Source: Rhynchopus sp. YZ270_cl-10 | Taxonomy: Eukaryota | Reading direction: 5' to 3' | DNA length: 64,000 nucleotides | NCBI GenBank assembly: GCA_964035575.1 | Contig: OZ037846.1 | Coordinates: 496,001 to 560,000, forward strand | Shown: positions 56,871 through 64,000 of the stretch, in pieces | Layout of the letters: each line of letters opens with the position of its first letter | Position numbering within the stretch: the stretch's first letter is position 1 | Position numbers and translations under genes: made by a program | Notes under the pieces: model-generated | Told to the model about the DNA's origin: nothing | Seen by the model: the letters and a program-made list of their open reading frames with translations, nothing else | Database searches by the model: none

Positions 56871-58294
56871 AATTTTTTGTTCTCTTGAAATGTGTAATTT
56901 CATGTTTTCGCGAAAACAATACGAACTGATCGGGTTGAAGGAAGGGTGGGGAAAACAATAATAACAAGAACAACTAATTGCTAAGAAAAAAAATGGGGTG
57001 TGCTGTGGATAACTCCGCGCGATTTTCGAAACCACCATAGCATCCTGGCGATTTTCTGGAGGTGCTGATGTGACGATGCCTGGTGCGATCGACGACGTGT
57101 TGTCGTCTGTGCATTATGTGTTCCTTCCGCACTGCTCTGATGACGACGACGATGCGTGGGAGCCTGTGGACGACTACGAGCTGGAACATGCCGAGGCCGC
57201 CCGAGCGAATGGTTATCGAGCCTGCCGAGACTACGTCCAATAACGCGATCGAGCAGATGGTGCTGCACGAAGAGGACAGCCGCACTGTTTAAAAGTTTCA
57301 GATGCAGGCATCCCAGTGGGTTCAGCAGCGTACGAAGAGCGTTTTAGCATACCTGCAGAAGAGCAGAATGCTGGGCGTGTTGTAGATTATATTTTTTTCA
57401 GAGTGGAGTTCCACAGCACACCCGGTTTTTTTTCCGATAGCAATTACTTGTTTTTTTTTTTTTTGAAAACTTGGTTGTATTAGTGTAGACACCCTAGAGT
57501 GTGCTCCACTATACTAAACACTTTTACGTCACCGCAGACGAGCGCGATGACGTATTTCTTTTTCTTTTTTTTTTCACTCACTCAGCGGGGATTTGAACGG
57601 AGGTGGGAGGGTGGGTATTTGGAAGGGGGAAAGTGAAAGACAAACGACAAAAAAAAAAAAAAAAATGTTTTTTTTTGAATTTTTAGCCACATGACCACAA
57701 CGGGAGCAGCCTTTTTTTGTCCCCCATCCCCACAACACAATGGAGTGGAGATACGGAACCACACGGTATCATGTATGTTTTTTTTTCAAAAAAAAAAAAA
57801 AAAAAAAAAAAGAGGGGGATTTTGTTGGTGTGCTCAGAGCGTTTTCAATAAGGGGAAGCTTTGTTGGTAGTGCAGGGAGGGAAATACTTTTTTTTCTTTT
57901 TATTTTTTCCCCTTTTTAAAAAAATCTTGCAATATGGGGAAACTCATTTACTCTTTTCAAAAAATAAAAAATAAAAAACATAAAAAAGGTCAGACTGTGG
58001 GGTTTGGGGCCATTTTATGGGCAGAAAAAAAAAATGTAGGACGACGTTTTTCTTCGATGTATCAACAGAGGAAAAAAAAAACGCTAAAAAAAAAAGCGAC
58101 TTTACTCACTATGGATCAGCGGAGGCTGGTGAAAATGCAAAAAAAAAATATAGTTTTAGATACTTTCAAATTGAAGAGAAAGTACAAAAGTGTCAAGAGT
58201 CGTTCCCTCCTCACCCCCTCCCTTCTTGTAGTTGTTTGATGCGTTGACGCTTTCACACTACTCACTAATGTATCAGCGGAGTCTGGTGAAAATA

Positions 58295-58345
<51 letters not shown>

Positions 58346-58438
58346 TTTTAGATACTTTCTATATCAAAAGAAAGTACTAAAAGAGGGCAAAAAGAATCCA
58401 TTCTAGACACTCCCTTATTTTTGCATATGTTTTCCTTT

Positions 58439-58470
<32 letters not shown>

Positions 58471-58861
58471 TTTTTTTTGGAAACCCCTGCTCTCAAGATG
58501 GGTCGACGATCCTAACGGATGTGCTAACTCATTTAGCCGTGCAGATAATTTCCCCCTCCCCTTTTCACAGTCTGATATCGTTAGCTTGCTTTATTTAAAA
58601 TGTGCGCTTTTTTGTTTGTTTGTTTGTTTTTGTTTTTGTTTTTTTTTTTTGTTTTTCGTATTTTTTTTTTTTTGTTTTTGTGTTTTTTTTTTGCTTGGTT
58701 TTTTTTCGTCCATTTTTAGGACAGACGTTGTAAAGAATATTTTCTTTTCTTTTTCTTCTTTTTCATTCTGTGAAAGGCATTTTTTTTTTTTTTTGAAACA
58801 TTTTTTTTTTGGGGATCTTTTTGTATCAACATATCACCATGTCAAAAAAGACAGGTTTCGT

Positions 58862-60557
58862 CAGGGGTGTCGCTAATTTTGGGGAAATTTTTGAAAAATC
58901 TGAAATCGGGGTGCAAATTTTTTTTTTTACGTGGGGATTTTTTTTCCATTACCAGGGGGCGAAAAAACAGTGTTTTGTGGCATTTCCGAGCCAATCCCAG
59001 GCTGTGGTGGGGGATATTCGGAAAAATGGACAAACTTTTAGTGACTTAAATTTTCACAAAATATGAACCCATACTCTTAAACACGGGTCATTTTCAGGTC
59101 TGAAAACCCAAATTCAGATGAAATTGTGGTGTTTTTGACACCACTGAGAACAGTCGGTAGCGCCGCAGGCGCACGGTACCCAACTTTTGTCTTTTTCTTT
59201 TTCCCTTTTCTCTGCGTTCTTTTGATTGTGCGAGCCGATTGCTCTCCACGGTGGGGTCACATGCGTGCGCTAAAATACGCTAAAGTACCCTTACTATGAA
59301 GTATGAGATTCTCTGGTTTTAGCAAGGAAACCCCTGCAAGCATGTTCCCAGATCACGAAAAAAGGGGAGGCGTTTTTGGGCGTTTTTGTTGATTGCATCG
59401 TCCGATGCGGTGCAATTGCAGAAAGTGATGGGGTCATTTTGGAAAAATGGACGAGTTTTCGGTATTTAAGTTTTCACCATTTTTTTATTCCTGTGCACTT
59501 TTCGAGACTACCGATTCTCGTAAACAAGCTTCAGATGAAATTGTGGTGTTCTTGACTGAGAACGGTAGCGCCGCAGGCGCACGGTACCCAGCTTTTGTCT
59601 TTTTGTCTTTTTGTCTTTTCCTTTTTCTCTGCGTTCTTTTGATTGCGCGAGCCGATTGCTCTCCACGGTGGGGTCACATGTGTGCGCAAAAACACGCTAT
59701 GGTAAGGAAACCCTGGTTTGCAAAAAAAAAGGGTAAGGTAAATCTGGAAATCCTACCCAAAAAAAAAAAAAATCTTCGCGGGGTGAGGGCGGCACCTGGG
59801 GATTTTCCCTGACCCCCAAAAACCTCGTTTTTGGAACGTTCTGACACAACCGAGTTCACGGTGGCCTCTCACTTAAAAAAAGAACAAGTTGTTAACACAT
59901 TAAACCCACCCTGTATTAGGTGCAAATTTTTTTTTTCCTACACAGATTTTACTACTGGGGGGGAGCTATTAAAGTATACGTATACTTTATTCGGCGGGAA
60001 TTACTGCTTAAATGGCCAAAAAACGAAAAGTGGAAGAAAAAAAAAAATCACTGTTATTTTGGGGTTTCTAGTAGCCGAAACCTCGCGAAAACACCACCAT
60101 TGGCATTTTTGGGCCAATCCCAGCCAGTGGTGGGGTCAATGTGGAAAAATGAACAATTTTTTGGTGACTTAAATTTTCACAAATCTGAACCCCATCAGCA
60201 CCAATCGTGTAAAAACTGATACACGCGTTTTAGGTCAAAAATACTCGTTTCTCAGCTCAAAGTGACCCCATCACAGCACGTACAGAATCCGGACCACCGA
60301 AATCAAAAAAAAATTTTTCGATTTTTTGTGCAAAACTTGCTGAAAAATTTTTTTAGTAAGAAAAATGTACACAAAAACCGTATACTTTATTTCACAGATT
60401 TCCACGCTCAAAATGGGTTTCCGCACCGTATACTTTATTACCCCCGTATACTTTATTAGCACCGTATACTTTATTAGCCCCCCCCCAGTAGGGGTGCAAA
60501 TTTTTTTTTTGGTTTTGAAAAAGTCGGGACCCTGGACCCGAATTAGCGACACCCCTG
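58862..60557. mobile_element. Non-autonomous hAT-like element
   Basis: 17-bp TIR CAGGGGTGTCGCTAATT. 8-bp TSD GGTTTCGT at 58854-58861 and 60558-60565. Internal direct repeat about 59113-59280 vs 59531-59700. Confidence 0.9.
59955..60488. mobile_element. Tc1/mariner-like MITE nested in the hAT-like element
   Basis: CTGGGGGGGAGCTATTAAAGTATACG vs CGTATACTTTATTAGCCCCCCCCCAG, with TA on both sides. Confidence 0.7.
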
Positions 60558-61369
60558 GGTTTCGTGCAAAAAAAAAAAAAAAAAAACTAAAGATAAAAAA
60601 TACCACAGTAAGGTGAGGGTGCTTTTTTTTCCCCACACAGAACGGGCACACCTCAATCCCTCAGAAAGTATGTGGCCGGGGGATGAGACACAACAGAAAA
60701 AGTTTTGTAAAGAGGGACCAACAAAATGGCAGACCCCTTATCCTATTTCATTACTTTTTTTTGAAGAAATAAAAATAAAATATAAAGTAAGTTGTTTAAA
60801 GATGAACCTAAGTCTTTTGTGCTTTGTCACCTTTTTTTCCTCTCTCGTACTAATATACCGTCCATCCTCTTGTCACGTCAACTTTTAGGGGAAAAAAATG
60901 TAAAAATCCAACATTAAAAAAAAACAAAAAGAAAGAAAGAAAATAAATATCAAGCATTGAAAAGGTAAGTGAATACTCTCCCAGCCTGACTGACTTTTGT
61001 TTTTTTTCCCCCATTTTTTTTTTTTCTTTTTCTTTTTTTTCTTTTTTGCGTCTTTTGCTACTCTCAGTATTGTCTACAATTTTTTCGTTAAAACTGTTTT
61101 TTTCCCCCTTTTTTTATATAAATTTTGCATTGTATTAGCCGTCATCACACTCTCTTTTTTGTTAAAAAGAGTGGCACGTGGCACTCTCTGGATTACATAT
61201 CCATCACTACTCATCTCTTCCCGACATTCTCATTGCATCTCTTTTGGGAAAGACGTGACAAAAAAATGGCTATTTTTTTTCAAAAAAAATAAAATCCCTT
61301 GAAAAAAAAAACTCACCCTCTCTCTCTCCTTCTTCTCTTCCTTTTCCCCCCAACAAATTTCCATGAAAT

Positions 61370-61677
61370 TTACTTGGAAGGTTGCTTCCTGTGCGCGCGT
61401 CTGTCGAAGTGGAAGGTGTCGAATTGACCTGCCTCTTGGCTTGCGGAGACACACGCTGCAACGCTGTGTCTTGCGGGGAGGTCGGTGAACTCCGCCTCAA
61501 AGTTCATGCTCTTCTGGTCAGGAACGAAGGGCACCTTCAGCTTCTCCGCAAGCAGCGCTTCGAAGTCCATATCGGTGAAGAAGACGTGCTGCTTGAATTC
61601 AGCCTCATCCTGAAGACGCGACTCAGGCTTACGCTCCAAAAGCTTCGTGCACAGGTCCCTTGCCCCAGCGCTCATAC
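61370..61677 (-). CDS. Terminal exon of an AGC-family Ser/Thr protein kinase
   Basis: ARDLCTKLLERKPESRL..FKQHVFFTDMDFEALL..PFVP..NFEAEFT..FDTFHF (subdomain XI, AGC tail, hydrophobic motif). Preceded by the acceptor TTCTTTCCAG. Confidence 0.88.
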
Positions 61678-61767
61678 CTGGAAAGAAAGTATTCTCATCA
61701 TATGCAATCAATAAATTGATAGTATATGGTGAGGGATCAACAAAAAATGTTCCCATCTTTCTTTTGG

Positions 61768-62049
61768 AAAAACTAAACATAACATTATACCAACTGATCT
61801 GTCTTTACTACTCTACTACTATGTCTTTTTTCGTTGACCGCAGCCATTTAGGCTCTTTGCCTATGACGCACATGATAATGGATGAGGGGGAGGATTCAAA
61901 AGGAAAAAGCGTAAAGACAGATCTATCGTTGGTTTTAAATATGTTTAGTTTCCAATCACACTTCGTGTGTGCAAAAACTAAACATAACATTATACCAACT
62001 GATCTGTCTTTACTACTCTACTACTATGTCTTTTTTCGTTGACCGCAGC
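61768..62049. repeat. About 77-bp direct repeat (near 61768 and 61973)
   Basis: AAAAACTAAACATAACATTATACCAACTGATCTGTCTTTACTACTCTACTACTATGTCTTTTTTCGTTGACCGCAGC occurs twice. Confidence 0.85.
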
Positions 62050-62749
62050 ATGACCCAAAGGGACCGCGCAGCGGAATAGTAGCATAGTACGGAGTTAAAC
62101 GGGGAAGAAAAAAGGGGGGAAACGGTAGGAAAAGAAAGAAAAATGGTAAACACAGCACCGAGCAAGCCAGCACTCACAGAAAGAAATCGTGTTGATATCC
62201 ATTCGCCGTCTCGAAGACAGTGGATAAGGGGGGGCCGTAAGCGCAAGGAGTGCCAAGCATAGTCAGCACACCCCATACAGGGGGACACATTTCAAACAAA
62301 AATAAAAGCGCATGGTGCACGAAGCAGAGTCAGTACCATCAAACGGGAGAGCAAAAAATAGGAAAACGGTGTCAGTGATAAGCAGGGACTACAAAAACCA
62401 GCACGGGCGGACCCACCAACGAAACGACAATCTTCCGCGAGAGTCGCCTCTCCAAACTACTGGGCAGCGGACGTTCGTGAAGCAGGGAGGCGTGGTACTA
62501 AAACATGTCCTCAACCGCGTATAGCGGGGCTCGTGGCCATCAGAACAACCCGCCCTTGGCAGGAAAATACCACGTACACAACGCAAGAAAACAGAACGCG
62601 CACGCACAATACGAGGACAAGCTCCTCAAAGAAAAACCAGTCGTCCCGCGACAGGCCCACACAGACCACCATTGAACCCTAGGTGATGAAAAAATAAAAC
62701 AAACACTAAACACTCCTACGACGCACTGTGAGCGGGAAGGCAAACAATA

Positions 62750-63635
62750 AAATGCATGGGGCACTAAGCATAGTCAGCACGCACCAGCGATGAAATGTTG
62801 ATGAACAAGAAACACCCCTTCGTCGCTCCTCGAGCAGGAAGGTAAAATAAAATGCATGGGGCACCAAGCAGAGTCAGCACGCACCAGCGATAAAGTGTAG
62901 ATGAACATTGACACCCCTTCAGGGGAAAAAGTAAAAAGCACAAGGGGCACCAAGCAGAGTCAGCACGCTCCAAGCGAGAAAATGATAACAATAACAAAAC
63001 CCTTCGTCGCTCCGTGAGCGGGAAGGTAAAATAAAATGCATGGGGCACCAAGCAGAGTCAGCACGCACCAGCGATAAAATGTTGATGAACAATAAACACC
63101 CCTTCGTCGCTCCACGAGCAGGAAGGCAAAATAAAATACATGGGGCACCAAGCAGAGTCAGCACGCACCAGCGATAAAGTGTTGATGAACAATAAATACC
63201 CCTTCAGGGGAAGGGGTAAAAAGTACATGGGGCACTAAGCAGAGTCAGTACGCACCAGCGATAAAAGGTTGATGAACAATAAACACCCCTTCGTCGCTCC
63301 ACGAGCAGGAAGGCAAAATAAAATACATGGGGCACCAAGCAGAGTCAGCACGCACCAGCGATAAAGTGTAGATGAACATTGACACCCCTTCAGGGGAAAA
63401 AGTAAAAAGCACAAGGGGCACCAAGCAGAGTCAGCACGCTCCAAGCGAGAAAATGATAACAATAACAAAACCCTTCGTCGCTCCGTGAGCGGGAAGGTAA
63501 AATAAAATGCATGGGGCACCAAGCAGAGTCAGCACGCACCAGCGATAAAATGTTGATGAACAATAAACATCCCTTCGTCGCCCCATGGGCAAAATATAAA
63601 AACTCATGGGGCACTGAGCAAAGCCAGCACGCGCC
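62750..63635. repeat. Tandem array of 87-100-bp units downstream of the retroelement ORF
   Basis: Core GGGGCACCAAGCAGAGTCAGCACGC recurs about 10 times, with a 471-bp higher-order duplication. Confidence 0.9.
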
Positions 63636-63651
63636 ATAACAAACAAAACAA

Positions 63652-64000
63652 TTATTGACAAAACATTGCCTCCACACTCTCGTATACTTTGAGCACAGGG
63701 GGGAGTGACACCATCGTGGGGGCCACCGTCCCGCGAGTGAACTCGTCAGCACGTTGACTTAAAGTGTCCACCCACGTGGCGGATACACACATGTTTGCTG
63801 CCTTTGCAGTGTCAAAAATCGCACACAGCAGCTCGTTAGCTAGATAATTCTTGCTGTGACCTTTGTTTATAGCTGCCACTGCAGCGGCGTTGTCGACCTG
63901 AAGAGACACTTCATGATTAGGGTGGTTTGCGGCCGCTAACCGAACGGCTAGCCAAGCAGCGTATAGCTCTTTCAGGTATATGTGATGTTTCTCAGGATCT
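63652..64000 (-). mobile_element. RNase H C-terminus of a DIRS-group (tyrosine-recombinase) retrotransposon; 5' part outside the window
   Basis: HHIYLKELYAAWLAV..VSLQVDNAAAVAAINKGHS..WVDTLSQRADEFTR matches the DIRS-type RNase HI motifs HI..KEL, DN..AV..INKG and AD..SR. Confidence 0.85.

Noticed and set aside
57040..57385. Coding-like stretch that also contains CTGATGA
   Set aside because: Interrupted by a stop with no family match, and no compatible GAAA or stems for a hammerhead.
62750..63635. CRISPR-like array (constant core with intervening sequences)
   Set aside because: The intervening sequences are homologous to each other and repeat in a higher-order pattern. There are no cas genes and the context is eukaryotic.

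Overview
Eukaryotic DNA, most consistent with a euglenozoan protist and probably a diplonemid (inferred from gene families and layout, not proven). Every intact protein-coding gene is on the minus strand, as in a directional gene cluster, and most are intronless. Genes: a partial ubiquitin-like plus BspA-type LRR gene, an ependymin-like secreted protein, a 1481-aa U-box/RING-VWA-ankyrin-ADP-ribosyltransferase-like protein, a KOW/ZZ-finger/coiled-coil protein, a Pro/Glu/Thr-rich coiled-coil protein, a cathepsin L-like protease, five paralogous multi-TM class III cyclase-like genes, a broken receptor-cyclase-like gene, a UBL-ankyrin gene and the last exon of an AGC kinase. A DIRS-type RNase H retroelement end lies upstream of that exon. 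Intergenic DNA is packed with non-autonomous DNA transposons whose TIRs and TSDs can be read directly. Two features stand out. First, a 3.6-kb TSD-flanked unit whose 458-bp terminal direct repeats each carry a predicted non-circularly permuted hammerhead ribozyme (retrozyme/Penelope-like). Second, one internal core sequence carried by four elements with unrelated termini and three TSD types.
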